From IMG/VR virus record IMGVR_UViG_3300046517_002304, positions 248,001 through 312,000 of that record: a DNA stretch of 64,000 nt; one strand, given 5' to 3'. The notes beneath the pieces were generated by a model. The model saw nothing but the letters and a program-made list of their open reading frames with translations. It did no database searches and had not been told where the DNA came from. Shown here piece by piece: positions 37,309-46,653 of this stretch; position 1 is the stretch's first letter; each line of letters begins with the position of its first letter. A program made the translations under genes and the position numbers.

Positions 37309-37542
37309 CTACCTGATCGTTTCCTCAGCACAACATTCGCTTGCACCGCCATTGAACACGAATGGTTTTTCTGGCGTGCCGTCGTTGAATCGGTTGTAGC
37401 CGTTGTCGGATGGAGGCCGCTCCCCTTCCTTTTTGAATACCTTATCGCAAGCATCCTTCGGGGAGTCTGCCTTAACGCTCCTGAACATGTTGAACCCAGC
37501 GCCTAGATTATACGGTCGGGTATAGACGTTATATTTGCTCAT
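37309..37542 (-). CDS. Hypothetical protein
   Basis: Octamer-bounded, 10-nt spacing. Confidence 0.7.
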   Translation of the reverse strand: MSKYNVYTRPYNLGAGFNMFRSVKADSPKDACDKVFKKEGERPPSDNGYNRFNDGTPEKPFVFNGGASECCAEETIR

Positions 37543-37558
37543 AGATATTCATGGATAA

Positions 37559-37786
37559 CTACTTACACTTCCGCATCTTCCAAATTTCCTGATCGTTTTC
37601 CACCTTGATAAACTCAGGACTCCATCCCGTTGCTTCCTCAAAATGATCCATATACCGACCAATGGTCATTCGTCTGGTATAGTAATCAGGGTTTACGCTG
37701 ACGCTATCCGTAGCAATGATATGCTCCACCTTCCGCATATACTCCACGAATCCATCCCATAATGCTTGCGCTTTAACTTTCGTCAT
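37559..37786 (-). CDS. Hypothetical protein
   Basis: Stop in octamer. Confidence 0.65.
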   Translation of the reverse strand: MTKVKAQALWDGFVEYMRKVEHIIATDSVSVNPDYYTRRMTIGRYMDHFEEATGWSPEFIKVENDQEIWKMRKCK

Positions 37787-37934
37787 CGGATGTTCACCCT
37801 TCCGTTTTCGTCAGAGTAATAAAAATCAATCTTGAGAAGGACGTGGGCGGTTTTCAATGCCAGCCAACGGTGATAGGCGATTGCGAAGTCCGAAAACGAT
37901 TCGGCACCTTCATTCGGATTCGTTACGTAGAACA

Positions 37935-38248
37935 TTAAGTGGCTTTCAACAGGAATTCAGGAATATCCATCAGGAAAGTAAGCGGACTCGGCTTTTGATC
38001 GTAATCCTTCTCATCAAACCGCATAATGAAAAAACTCGCTGTATCGGGCAAGTGGCTGGAATATACTTCTTTTCCGCCAAGTCGCCTTGGCGATTTTACG
38101 CTGTAGAACGCTACTCGCCTTTCTCAACATGGAGTTGATACTCTTCAGAAATTAACGGAATAATTGCCAAAGCAATCGGGCATTCCCCGCCCGAACAGGC
38201 AACTCCGTTGTTAATACACTCTTGCGTTACGGCGATTGTTTTAATCAT
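37935..38248 (-). pseudogene. Frameshifted CPxAxAI-family gene
   Basis: MIKTIAVTQECINNG...ECPIALAI stops near 38111; another frame continues to RFD...TFLMDIPEFLLKAT. Confidence 0.7.
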
Positions 38249-38475
38249 ACCTGATTCACGTTTTCGTGGAGTCTGACCCCGCTTGTCTCTGCTGCTTCCC
38301 TGATGATTGCTTCGTCACTACTCAGCCCCGCTACCCAAATCTTAATACCATTCTTGCCATTATAATCAATGTAAGTCGCAACAGTATCCTTAGCATTGCC
38401 TTCCAGCTTTGCCATGAAATTGTCGGCGGCTCTACGGGAGTGTGATACCACTAATGACGCGAATGGCTTTATCAT
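38245..38475 (-). CDS. Hypothetical protein
   Basis: ATG 10 nt after octamer. Confidence 0.7.
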   Translation of the reverse strand: MIKPFASLVVSHSRRAADNFMAKLEGNAKDTVATYIDYNGKNGIKIWVAGLSSDEAIIREAAETSGVRLHENVNQV

Positions 38476-38514
38476 AATGTTTAACGGATAACTACTCGCA
38501 CTTCCGCAAGGTTT

Positions 38515-38721
38515 TCATGGTGCGAAATTTACGCCGATCTGATACTTAGCATTGAAGTCGCCGTCAGCATTCTTGACATGCTGATAGACTACGGCAGCGT
38601 GCGGATTATTTCCAGTGCAGAGAGTTTTCAGCACGGCAAGAGCATTGGCTTGCGAAAGAACCAACTCAATCTTGCAGGATTTTGTCTCTTCCTTATACTC
38701 AATTGAGAATGATTCTTCCAT
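38515..38721 (-). CDS. Hypothetical protein
   Basis: Follows octamer. Confidence 0.6.
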   Translation of the reverse strand: MEESFSIEYKEETKSCKIELVLSQANALAVLKTLCTGNNPHAAVVYQHVKNADGDFNAKYQIGVNFAP

Positions 38722-38740
38722 TGTATTTTTCTATGGATAA

Positions 38741-39034
38741 CTAGGCGGCACGCAAGATGTGGTCGGGGATGTCCAGCTCAAATGTGAACGGTTTCACCGT
38801 ATTATTACCGTCAAAATTCTCAATAAACTTAGCGACTTTTGTCGGAGTCTCCATAAGAGGACAAACCTTTGCGGTATGGTTTTTATAACTAAACCAGATT
38901 AAATCTAGTCCGACCATCACATCATAATGTGTATCAATCACCCCGATGATTGCTCTTGCCACTGGACAATTACCAGAATGGCACGGCTCGCCAGCGTCAA
39001 TGTCTTGCTGAGTGACTGAGATTGTTTTAATCAT
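38741..39034 (-). CDS. CPxAxAI/FD/F.LD.P family protein
   Basis: VTQQDIDAG...CPVARAI...PFTFELDIP. Confidence 0.8.
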   Translation of the reverse strand: MIKTISVTQQDIDAGEPCHSGNCPVARAIIGVIDTHYDVMVGLDLIWFSYKNHTAKVCPLMETPTKVAKFIENFDGNNTVKPFTFELDIPDHILRAA

Positions 39035-39273
39035 GCTTTCACGATTTCAATGTAATTCAAATCGCCCTGGGGATCTCTGATCCAAAGGTCCACATTTTCC
39101 GCAAGATGGCAGACAATGGTTTTCTTACCACGAGGTCTGGTAATCTGGTAAGCGGTTCGTCCATAAGATTTATAAATCTTATTAATCCGATAATCTCTCC
39201 CGCCTTCCAACTTCTCCAGCCATACCCAACCATGCACCCTGATGATACTGCCGACTTGGATTTTAGTATTCAT
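39031..39273 (-). CDS. Hypothetical protein
   Basis: ATG 10 nt after octamer. Confidence 0.7.
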   Translation of the reverse strand: MNTKIQVGSIIRVHGWVWLEKLEGGRDYRINKIYKSYGRTAYQITRPRGKKTIVCHLAENVDLWIRDPQGDLNYIEIVKA

Positions 39274-39289
39274 AATTGATTACGGATAA

Positions 39290-39604
39290 CTAGAGGATAT
39301 CAATATCCTCAACGATGTTTTCGTGAAAGAATGCAGAGATACGGACGACACCGAATCTTACTTTATCGTTGTCGTCCTCCCACGAATAGCCTACAGTATA
39401 CTCTCTCTTGTCGCCAATTCGTACGATGCCGTCAATCTGAAGTCCACCGAGCCATTGCTTGCCGTCAATTTCAACGCCGTGCGGAATGTTCCGACGATGC
39501 CTGACGATTGCCCGTTCAAGGCAACTCCGTTGTCCATCGGTGAGCTGGTTGTGGAAGCTATTGATCTTCTGAACCATGCCGTTTTTAATGATTACTGGAG
39601 TCAT
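39290..39604 (-). CDS. Hypothetical protein
   Basis: Stop in octamer. Confidence 0.7.
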   Translation of the reverse strand: MTPVIIKNGMVQKINSFHNQLTDGQRSCLERAIVRHRRNIPHGVEIDGKQWLGGLQIDGIVRIGDKREYTVGYSWEDDNDKVRFGVVRISAFFHENIVEDIDIL

Positions 39605-39610
39605 AATTAA

Positions 39611-39808
39611 CTACTCGTCTATCTCCACGCTCTCAGGATAGAATGACACCAAGCAATCAGCGTCCATTTTGACTTCGACGATTTCGTTACGACCGTTAGA
39701 GAAAACAGAGTAGACACATCCCTTATGTCCACGCCAATTAGCAATAGAGCAAGATTCTTTAATCTTAACTCTGACGCCGGGGCGGGGAAAAGTGATTGTT
39801 GTTTGCAT
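39611..39808 (-). CDS. KOW/SH3-like small protein
   Basis: PG.RV.I...C...RG..G.V, shared with 40220-40417 and 40984-41184. Confidence 0.65.
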   Translation of the reverse strand: MQTTITFPRPGVRVKIKESCSIANWRGHKGCVYSVFSNGRNEIVEVKMDADCLVSFYPESVEIDE

Positions 39809-39824
39809 AATGTTTAACGGATAA

Positions 39825-40037
39825 CTAGGCGGCTGAGAAAATCATCTTGCCGATTCGCTCAACGTCGGAATCGGGATGAATGAATCCCATTCTCCCGTCA
39901 GCGTGAGCAATGTTGTATTTTTCGGAAGTGGGATTGACGACAATCAATCTGATTGCATGATCCATGCCTCCGATTGTCGTTTCAATTACGTCCCATGTTT
40001 TGCATTCTTTAAGTTTCATTTGTATACTCCGGTGCAA
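39825..40037 (-). CDS. Hypothetical protein
   Basis: Stop in octamer. Confidence 0.6.
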   Translation of the reverse strand: MHRSIQMKLKECKTWDVIETTIGGMDHAIRLIVVNPTSEKYNIAHADGRMGFIHPDSDVERIGKMIFSAA

Positions 40038-40203
40038 GTGGCGGTCTTCGCTCGCCTGTTTTGGGATCGTTCCAGAATTGATGACTTGACTGCTTACACT
40101 TTTTACAATACCTTATCCCCATGCTGGGAGTTGAATAATAATGAACATCACCGCCGCAATCGCCAGTGTGGATTCCGATCTTTCGGTCTTCGTTCTTTTT
40201 CAT
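40009..40203 (-). CDS. Small Cys-containing protein
   Basis: ATG 10 nt after octamer; CKKC. Confidence 0.6.
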   Translation of the reverse strand: MKKNEDRKIGIHTGDCGGDVHYYSTPSMGIRYCKKCKQSSHQFWNDPKTGERRPPLAPEYTNET

Positions 40204-40219
40204 AATTGATTACGGATAA

Positions 40220-40417
40220 CTAGAGAAGGTCTAGACTGCTCTCGCGGACCTTAACAACTAACTTTCCGCCCAATCCAACATGGATGCAATCCTTGCCGAT
40301 GCCTTTGATCTGGCCCATCCTGCCGCGATACTTCGGGAGGAGACAGTTCTGGCGAATTCTGACAACCATGCCAGGCGCGGGAATTGTTTGGGGGATGAAG
40401 GCGGGGAAAGTAATCAT
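40220..40417 (-). CDS. KOW/SH3-like small protein
   Basis: Family motif. Confidence 0.65.
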   Translation of the reverse strand: MITFPAFIPQTIPAPGMVVRIRQNCLLPKYRGRMGQIKGIGKDCIHVGLGGKLVVKVRESSLDLL

Positions 40418-40671
40418 GAGAGGACTTCTATTGTAATGTGGCCTTTGGCGGATTTACGGGGAATGATTTGCGACACATCTTCAAGATTAAACTTGGCAAT
40501 ACCTAATCCATCAGGGTAAACAACGTATTCAAATCGCTCAAATTCGTTGTTTGTCTTGCCAGCCAGAAGTTGCCCATACATGATAAAAAATCGTTCGCCG
40601 CTCGCACGGTGGATGCCCGCGACTCTGACTCCCTTGCCGATATGCTGCTTCAGTATTTCAAGGTTTGTCAT
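40414..40671 (-). CDS. Hypothetical protein
   Basis: ATG 10 nt after octamer. Confidence 0.7.
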   Translation of the reverse strand: MTNLEILKQHIGKGVRVAGIHRASGERFFIMYGQLLAGKTNNEFERFEYVVYPDGLGIAKFNLEDVSQIIPRKSAKGHITIEVLS

Positions 40672-40687
40672 GATTGATAAAGGATAA

Positions 40688-40987
40688 CTAGGCTTTCAGG
40701 ATTGCTTTCGGCAACCGCAGACTGAATCGGAATGGCTTGACCGCTCTGAAGTTGTCAAAATCTTCAATAAATTTTTGCACTCTAAGAGGGAGCGAGAATT
40801 GGATCGGCACTTCCTGATTATGTAAATAAACATCTGCAACCCTCCCAATCACCATAATCAATCTAACTTTCTCGGATAGCTTCTGGCCGATCACTAATGC
40901 AACAGGGCAAGTGGAGCAACTGCATACGTCACCGTCAACGATTAATTCCTCATTAACGGAAAAATAAACTCTTTTTTTGTCGCTCAT
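40688..40987 (-). CDS. CPxAxAI/FD/F.LD.P family protein
   Basis: CSTCPVALVI...FD...PFRFSLRLP. Confidence 0.75.
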   Translation of the reverse strand: MSDKKRVYFSVNEELIVDGDVCSCSTCPVALVIGQKLSEKVRLIMVIGRVADVYLHNQEVPIQFSLPLRVQKFIEDFDNFRAVKPFRFSLRLPKAILKA

Positions 40988-41184
40988 CTTAAATCCATGC
41001 TTTCAGGATAAACATCAATTTGATCGATGCCGTCAAGTTGAACCTCAATGGTTCCTGATTCCTTTTCGCCTGAGACAACCGTTCCAAGTCGGCCACGCGC
41101 CCACTCAATTCGGCATTCGTTGTTAATTGTAACTGGCGTTCCGACTGACGGAATGAATGGTCTTGTTTCGTCCATGAAAGTCAT
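40984..41184 (-). CDS. KOW/SH3-like small protein
   Basis: Family motif. Confidence 0.65.
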   Translation of the reverse strand: MTFMDETRPFIPSVGTPVTINNECRIEWARGRLGTVVSGEKESGTIEVQLDGIDQIDVYPESMDLR

Positions 41185-41193
41185 ACGGATAAC

Positions 41194-41577
41194 TCACCCT
41201 TCCATTGCCTTGCAAGCCTGTTCAAAACTATCAAACGACATTTCGTTTCTTGTATAACGAAAGCCGCACCGAGGATGACGGTTACTTTGAAAAGCAACAT
41301 ACCAAACATCTTCATCCCTGATTGCAAACGTCCAATCACCGCAACTGGCAGTCCAGTCAATGACTCTAACCTCACTGTATCCTAAGAATTTAAATAATTT
41401 CTTATAACTAGATGATCCAGCATTCGGCAGCTCAATACTTTCACCGTTATTAAACAAATCTGCTGCTGGCCTACTCCTCAGAGCGTTTCCATTATCATCA
41501 TAGATGATGCCGAAACCACTCGGGTTTTCGTGCATTCCAGTCGCTTGCTCATGAGCGAATTGTTCGGCTGCTTTCAT
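41194..41577 (-). CDS. Hypothetical protein
   Basis: ATG 10 nt after octamer; stop in octamer. Confidence 0.75.
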   Translation of the reverse strand: MKAAEQFAHEQATGMHENPSGFGIIYDDNGNALRSRPAADLFNNGESIELPNAGSSSYKKLFKFLGYSEVRVIDWTASCGDWTFAIRDEDVWYVAFQSNRHPRCGFRYTRNEMSFDSFEQACKAMEG

Positions 41578-41593
41578 AGTTGTTAATGGATAA

Positions 41594-41935
41594 CTAATCG
41601 TGGGTGCCGATGTGAATCCCATCAGGGTAATGGTCGGGACAAATGTATGACCGTGCGCAGACGCACTGAGTATACTCTGCTTTTTCGCAGCAGATTTGAC
41701 CTTGCTTAACTTCTAATTTCTTTTTGCACTGGTCCCTTCCACATGCTTTCCGCTCAAATGATCTTCTGGCCCAGCTCGCCGTATCAATGTTGAGCGCATC
41801 ACCACAAATGCAGCAATGATAATATTCTTGAACCTTGACCGAACAGTCAGAACAAACATTCAAGCCGTCAGCCATTTTCGTAGTATGCGGCCTTTGTCGG
41901 CACCACTCGCAAGCATCGGCGTATTTAAGTTTCAT
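41594..41935 (-). CDS. Cys-rich zinc-binding protein
   Basis: Multiple CxxC. Confidence 0.7.
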   Translation of the reverse strand: MKLKYADACEWCRQRPHTTKMADGLNVCSDCSVKVQEYYHCCICGDALNIDTASWARRSFERKACGRDQCKKKLEVKQGQICCEKAEYTQCVCARSYICPDHYPDGIHIGTHD

Positions 41936-42245
41936 GGTTGATTACGGATAACTAGGCGACTTTTATGGAGTCAACCAGATGAAAAACCAAGTTATTAAAC
42001 AAACTGGAAGAACATAAAAAAGCAAAAATGGCAAAACTCCAAACCATGCGTAATACATGGCGATACCAATAATAGTAATCAATTTATTCTTAATGCGCTC
42101 AATCATCGCAGCCTAGTTTCCGCTCTGATTGTTGACAGTGCCGTATCAAGGCTCAGGACTTCCGTACTCCACGACAATTCACCGTCGCGGTAGCACTTCA
42201 GCATCCAACAGCCAGCACCGATCTGATTGATTTCAAATTTAAGCA

Positions 42246-42578
42246 TTAGGCTGATTTCAACACATATTGCGGAAAGTCAAGCGTGAAGTGGGCAGGCGTG
42301 ACTGGCTCGGGATAATGGCCGGGATCAAAACAATGAGCGTAGAATTTTTTGGCAATTGTTGCTAACTTAGTAACGACGCCTAAACGCCAAGTTGTGCGTA
42401 TGCCTGAATTGGCAGTTTTAAAAATCAAAACTTCGCCGTCCAACACGCAAACAAAATAACCATCTTTAATTCTTTCGCGGATAGCAAGGTCAACGGGATC
42501 ATGGATGCCGCGATTTTCCATGCTTTTGTTGATTCTGCGTTGCGTGATGCAAAATCTAGTCGGTTTGTAGTTTTTCAT
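42246..42578 (-). CDS. Divergent CPxAxAI-family protein
   Basis: ITQRRI...DPVDLAI...FD...FTLDFP. Confidence 0.7.
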   Translation of the reverse strand: MKNYKPTRFCITQRRINKSMENRGIHDPVDLAIRERIKDGYFVCVLDGEVLIFKTANSGIRTTWRLGVVTKLATIAKKFYAHCFDPGHYPEPVTPAHFTLDFPQYVLKSA

Positions 42579-42595
42579 GATTGGTTTATGGATAA

Positions 42596-42817
42596 CTAAA
42601 TGAAGATAGGTTGACAGGTGACTAGCATTTGTTTCTCAATGGCAATTTCTAATCGCTCAAAAACCCATGCTTGCCGTTGTTCCAGCCATCTATAGTAAGC
42701 GACCTGAGACAATCCTTTAACGGGATAGCGTCTCATCCTATGCCCTTCCATCGGCTGATGAGACAAGTCTAATACTAGACCATCTTGCGGGCCACCGATG
42801 ACATTAGTTTTAGGCAC
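42596..42817 (-). CDS. Hypothetical protein
   Basis: GGPQDG motif; stop in octamer. Confidence 0.6.
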   Translation of the reverse strand: MPKTNVIGGPQDGLVLDLSHQPMEGHRMRRYPVKGLSQVAYYRWLEQRQAWVFERLEIAIEKQMLVTCQPIFI

Positions 42818-42818
42818 G

Positions 42819-43022
42819 TTAATTCCTCTGAACGAGAATTCGTTTGTATTCGGGACTGTCTACGCTGATTAAGTGATGTGTTGTATCAAAATACTTCATA
42901 TACTTCAAATGTTCGCTGCTCTCCGTGTTCTGAAAGTATTGATAACCGTCTGCTTCGCCTTGATAGATATAAATCTTATTGTGGCGAGTTGAGTAGTAGC
43001 GTTGGCCGATTTGGAAATTCAT
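42819..43022 (-). CDS. Hypothetical protein
   Basis: ATG 10 nt after octamer. Confidence 0.65.
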   Translation of the reverse strand: MNFQIGQRYYSTRHNKIYIYQGEADGYQYFQNTESSEHLKYMKYFDTTHHLISVDSPEYKRILVQRN

Positions 43023-43362
43023 AATATTTAAAGGATAACTAGTATCCCCTTTTACGATACAGAATCCATGCAAGATCTTCTAACGCCAGCCTGCGACGGC
43101 GAGTCTCCCACCCTTTGAATGCTGCCAGTCGCCTCTTATTCAGCTTGCGACGACGATTCAGCCATCCTTGTTTCTGCGGGGATGTTTTCATGCTTCCTTG
43201 ACCGCCCAACCGTATATAACGGTTTCAGGGTATGCTACCAAAGCGATTTCTCTTGCGTGAGAATAATCGGCAGCATCAAACATGCTTTCATGCTTGAGAG
43301 AGCCATTCTCAAAATACTGGCAATGAAATCTCTTGTATGTTTTCATAATTATGAAGGGATAA

Positions 43363-43767
43363 CTACTTATATTCCATTTTATTTACAACGCGGGCCGCGA
43401 CTTCCGCCACAACTTCGCCACCATTAATTTTAATGTTAGCGCCGGCATATTCGTTGCTTAAAATTTCATTGCCGATAACCCCCAAATCTTCGGGACGAAT
43501 TTTTCCGACAATAGGCTTGTCGGAAACAACCGAAACGACAATTGAATAATGATACATTTTCTTGACGAAATCGTTGTCGCCAAAATATTTTTCCTGGCAA
43601 CTTAAACAGACAGGCTCATCAATCTCCTCTTCTCCTCCATTTTCGCCGTCTAGAAAACTAGGCGTCCACCCAGCGGCTTGAGCTGCGTCAACATTTGCCA
43701 CCCTGTTATCGCAAAAGTAGCAAGCGATTTCTTTATTCCATCCTGCGGTTTGTTCGGTTTCGATCAT
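43363..43767 (-). CDS. Zn-ribbon protein; C-terminal half resembles 43784-44035
   Basis: CYFC...CLSC; VSVVSDKPI vs LTVLSEDPI. Confidence 0.7.
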   Translation of the reverse strand: MIETEQTAGWNKEIACYFCDNRVANVDAAQAAGWTPSFLDGENGGEEEIDEPVCLSCQEKYFGDNDFVKKMYHYSIVVSVVSDKPIVGKIRPEDLGVIGNEILSNEYAGANIKINGGEVVAEVAARVVNKMEYK

Positions 43768-43783
43768 GATGTTTAAAGGATAA

Positions 43784-44035
43784 CTAATCCTCAAGGTCTT
43801 CGCCGTCATCGTTGATTTGAAAGAATTCTGGCTCTGACGCTTGCTCTCGCAATAGTTCTGCCATTCGCTTCGCGTCAACCGCCTCCGTTACAGATTTTAC
43901 GTCGCCAGAATATTCGCCGTTGATACACTCGTCTACGATAACCTCAAGACTATCCAAATTCACATCGCGGATTGGGTCTTCGGAAAGAACCGTCAACGTG
44001 ATTTCGGTTTTGTAAAACTTGCGTTTTGATGGCAT
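43784..44035 (-). CDS. Hypothetical acidic protein
   Basis: Stop in octamer. Confidence 0.7.
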   Translation of the reverse strand: MPSKRKFYKTEITLTVLSEDPIRDVNLDSLEVIVDECINGEYSGDVKSVTEAVDAKRMAELLREQASEPEFFQINDDGEDLED

Positions 44036-44058
44036 GATTTTCTCTGTAGCGAAAGGGA

Positions 44059-44092
44059 TAACTCACGCCTATTAATTAATAGGCGTGAGTTA
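44059..44092. repeat. Perfect 34-bp palindrome overlapping an octamer
   Basis: TAACTCACGCCTATTAA|TTAATAGGCGTGAGTTA. Confidence 0.9.
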
Positions 44093-44103
44093 GTTGTTGA
44101 CAA

Positions 44104-44325
44104 CTAGGCGACCGAACGAAACTTGCTGGCGTCATTGATGACGACCGCACGACCTTCGGCGAGAAGCATCAAGTGAAAGTCAAAGACTTCGGCTTGCTTG
44201 CGTGCGAAATGATCCTGAACAGGCGGCTGAGCGATAGGCCGAATGCCCAGCACCTTGACAAGCCGCTGCTTCTTTTCAATGACGACGTTGTAGCACTGGC
44301 CTTTGATAATGTCGGTTCGCTTCAT
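44104..44325 (-). CDS. Hypothetical protein, paralog of 44575-44787
   Basis: I..G..Y...V.V..I. Confidence 0.7.
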   Translation of the reverse strand: MKRTDIIKGQCYNVVIEKKQRLVKVLGIRPIAQPPVQDHFARKQAEVFDFHLMLLAEGRAVVINDASKFRSVA

Positions 44326-44380
44326 GATTTTCTTTCTAGGTTGGAGTCAATAGGAACGATTTATAATTGTTAAAGGATAA

Positions 44381-44578
44381 CTAAGCGGGAGTTTTCAGCC
44401 GATCATGTAATTCGGCTTTCGCTTTCGCAGTCATGTATCGCGGATTAGAAATCGCCTCAATCTTCATCGTAGGCGACGATATACCGAAACAATTTCTAGC
44501 TGCCGCATTAGCATCGGCAACGCGGTCAGAGTAGCGAATGTTCCCGCACCAGCTCACTGCGAAGAATTGATTTTTCAT
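44381..44578 (-). CDS. Hypothetical protein
   Basis: ATGA-coupled; stop in octamer. Confidence 0.65.
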   Translation of the reverse strand: MKNQFFAVSWCGNIRYSDRVADANAAARNCFGISSPTMKIEAISNPRYMTAKAKAELHDRLKTPA

Positions 44579-44787
44579 GCTTGTGGCAATTCGTAAATAA
44601 ATTTGCGAACGGTTGTGAAAACGAGAGGCACTTTGCCGTAACAAGTTGTTACATGGAAAAAAATCGGAGAAACTAGACCACGATCAAACGGCATTGTTTC
44701 ATTGATTTCATCTACTCTAACGGCAGTTAATTTTTTATTAACTTTCGCCATGTAGAATTTTCCAGCTTGAATCTCGCTGCGTATCAT
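44575..44787 (-). CDS. Hypothetical protein
   Basis: MIRSEIQAGKFYMAKV. Confidence 0.65.
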   Translation of the reverse strand: MIRSEIQAGKFYMAKVNKKLTAVRVDEINETMPFDRGLVSPIFFHVTTCYGKVPLVFTTVRKFIYELPQA

Positions 44788-44789
44788 AA

Positions 44790-45251
44790 CTAAATGTACC
44801 TTATCCGATACGGAAATTGATCCGCAAGCATCTGATAGCCCCACCACTCTGTTCCTACATCATCGGCACAGGCGTCTACGGCTACCGAAATTCTCGCCTT
44901 TGTTCTTTCTAATAACCCGCATACTGTATCAAATACACACATGCTTTGATAAATGCCGCAAACCCTTAAATGCTCTACTTTAACTTTTAGTTTTTTTAAA
45001 GCAGAAATTACTCCCCGACTACCATCTTGATCGTACTTGGTGATCTGCACAGCCTTTTCGTAATTCGCAACTTTTTTTAGAATACATGGCATTACTGGCC
45101 CACAACGCGACAACCGCACAATAATAATTGGTGCCTTCCGCTTTTTTGCTAACGTAATTTCATGATGAACATTTTTACGGACTTTCGCCCATGTCGGACC
45201 TCCCCACTCAAAATAACCTTGCATATCAATGACAACTAATGCTTGTTTCAT
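44790..45251 (-). CDS. Isochorismatase-like cysteine hydrolase
   Basis: ALVVIDMQ...K...GIYQSMCV (D-K-C triad pattern). Confidence 0.8.
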   Translation of the reverse strand: MKQALVVIDMQGYFEWGGPTWAKVRKNVHHEITLAKKRKAPIIIVRLSRCGPVMPCILKKVANYEKAVQITKYDQDGSRGVISALKKLKVKVEHLRVCGIYQSMCVFDTVCGLLERTKARISVAVDACADDVGTEWWGYQMLADQFPYRIRYI

Positions 45252-45267
45252 AACTTATAACGGATAA

Positions 45268-45441
45268 CTAGGTGCCGACCACATGCAAACTGCCGACTTC
45301 TGGCGTTCCAACTTCATCTAAGACGCCATCCGTGCTTAGGGCATTTTCAAGCAACGTATCCAATGCTTCGCACACTAAATCAGCATCGGTAATGCTGTCG
45401 TCGTATTCAACCGTAACTGAAAGAACTGCGGTTTGTTTCAT
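45268..45441 (-). CDS. VEYDD-family small protein
   Basis: MKQTAVLSVTVEYDDSIT...EAL; stop in octamer. Confidence 0.65.
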   Translation of the reverse strand: MKQTAVLSVTVEYDDSITDADLVCEALDTLLENALSTDGVLDEVGTPEVGSLHVVGT

Positions 45442-45450
45442 GATTGTTTC

Positions 45451-45705
45451 CTAGCTTACGCGAATGTCAATGCTCGCAACGCCATTCATTGCTTTGATAA
45501 TTTTCAACTTGCTAACTAAGCGGTTAGGCATCGGTATTGTGGAACCGATGAGAACGTAGCCAGGCGAATCGGTTTCCGTATAATCATGAAACATCTCATC
45601 GGCTAGTTTTAGCTTGTGTGATTTCGATTCAACTTGGTCACATTCTAACGCCCCGGCGCTCGTAAGCATATAAACCGTGACGCGAATTTTAAATGATTTG
45701 CTCAT
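45451..45705 (-). CDS. Hypothetical protein
   Basis: Follows octamer. Confidence 0.65.
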   Translation of the reverse strand: MSKSFKIRVTVYMLTSAGALECDQVESKSHKLKLADEMFHDYTETDSPGYVLIGSTIPMPNRLVSKLKIIKAMNGVASIDIRVS

Positions 45706-45725
45706 GATTGTTTTCTAATGGATAA

Positions 45726-46169
45726 CTAGTTGATCGGTTTCGTGCCGCTGCATTTCTTAGATGAGAAACCGATACACCCCCAAAACTCTGATTCGGTTTT
45801 TGCATTTTTGCGAACGACCATCGGCCTCCCGCAATGACAAGTTTCATGCGTGCGGGTAGTCGCTTCATCAATGCGGTTCGCAAGATTCTTTTTCCATCCC
45901 TCAACCCGATGGACCCGTTTCTGTTTCCCAACAGGAACAATTGCTCCATCTTCATCTTTATAAACAATCGCGGTGCGAATTGCATCCTCACCACATCCCC
46001 GACTGCTTTCGCCCACGATGCCGCTGAAGATTCTCAGGCAAAGTCTCGGGCCGATAATCTTTCCGTAAACTGCCTCTTTGCAGTTTGGAACAGTGATCGG
46101 AGCAAAACCGAGATTCTTGAGATAAGAATCAAATTCGGTTAGACTGATGTTTTTGTATGTTGCTGCCAT
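45726..46169 (-). CDS. Protein with C-terminal topoisomerase-type C4 zinc finger
   Basis: CHCGRPMVVR...FWGC...C. Confidence 0.75.
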   Translation of the reverse strand: MAATYKNISLTEFDSYLKNLGFAPITVPNCKEAVYGKIIGPRLCLRIFSGIVGESSRGCGEDAIRTAIVYKDEDGAIVPVGKQKRVHRVEGWKKNLANRIDEATTRTHETCHCGRPMVVRKNAKTESEFWGCIGFSSKKCSGTKPIN

Positions 46170-46361
46170 GATGTAATCTAACGGATAACTAAAGTCGCTT
46201 CCAGATAAACCAGATTCCTCTAACAGTCAACCATACAGAAGCAACAAAAGATAACGATGCAAGTATATGATTGCGACTTGTATCAATCTCATACATTGTA
46301 TTAATCCATACTAGCCCTATAACAATTAACAACACCGTTGCGATTGATTTGAAAAAATCGT

Positions 46362-46652
46362 TCATCGGTAGAACCTTAGATTGGGGTATTGAAATTGCAT
46401 TTTTGCCTTAGCATCCCACCGACTAAATGCACGCACAAAATCTTGAAAGCCATCGCCTATTGCAGCATACAACGGACATCCACCACCACCCCAGTAAGCA
46501 CCACCACGATCATAATCGCCGCTTACAAAACGGACTCGGAATAACTGGACTTTGGCCGATTGATTCGTTGTGATTCGCGCACGGCCCTTCGGTGCGCCAT
46601 ATTTACACGGCACATCCGTAAGCAATTTATTTCCGTCGCCTAGCTTTGGCAT
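46362..46652 (-). CDS. Hypothetical protein (YDRGGAYWG motif)
   Basis: Packed ORF. Confidence 0.7.
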   Translation of the reverse strand: MPKLGDGNKLLTDVPCKYGAPKGRARITTNQSAKVQLFRVRFVSGDYDRGGAYWGGGGCPLYAAIGDGFQDFVRAFSRWDAKAKMQFQYPNLRFYR

Positions 46653-46653
46653 T

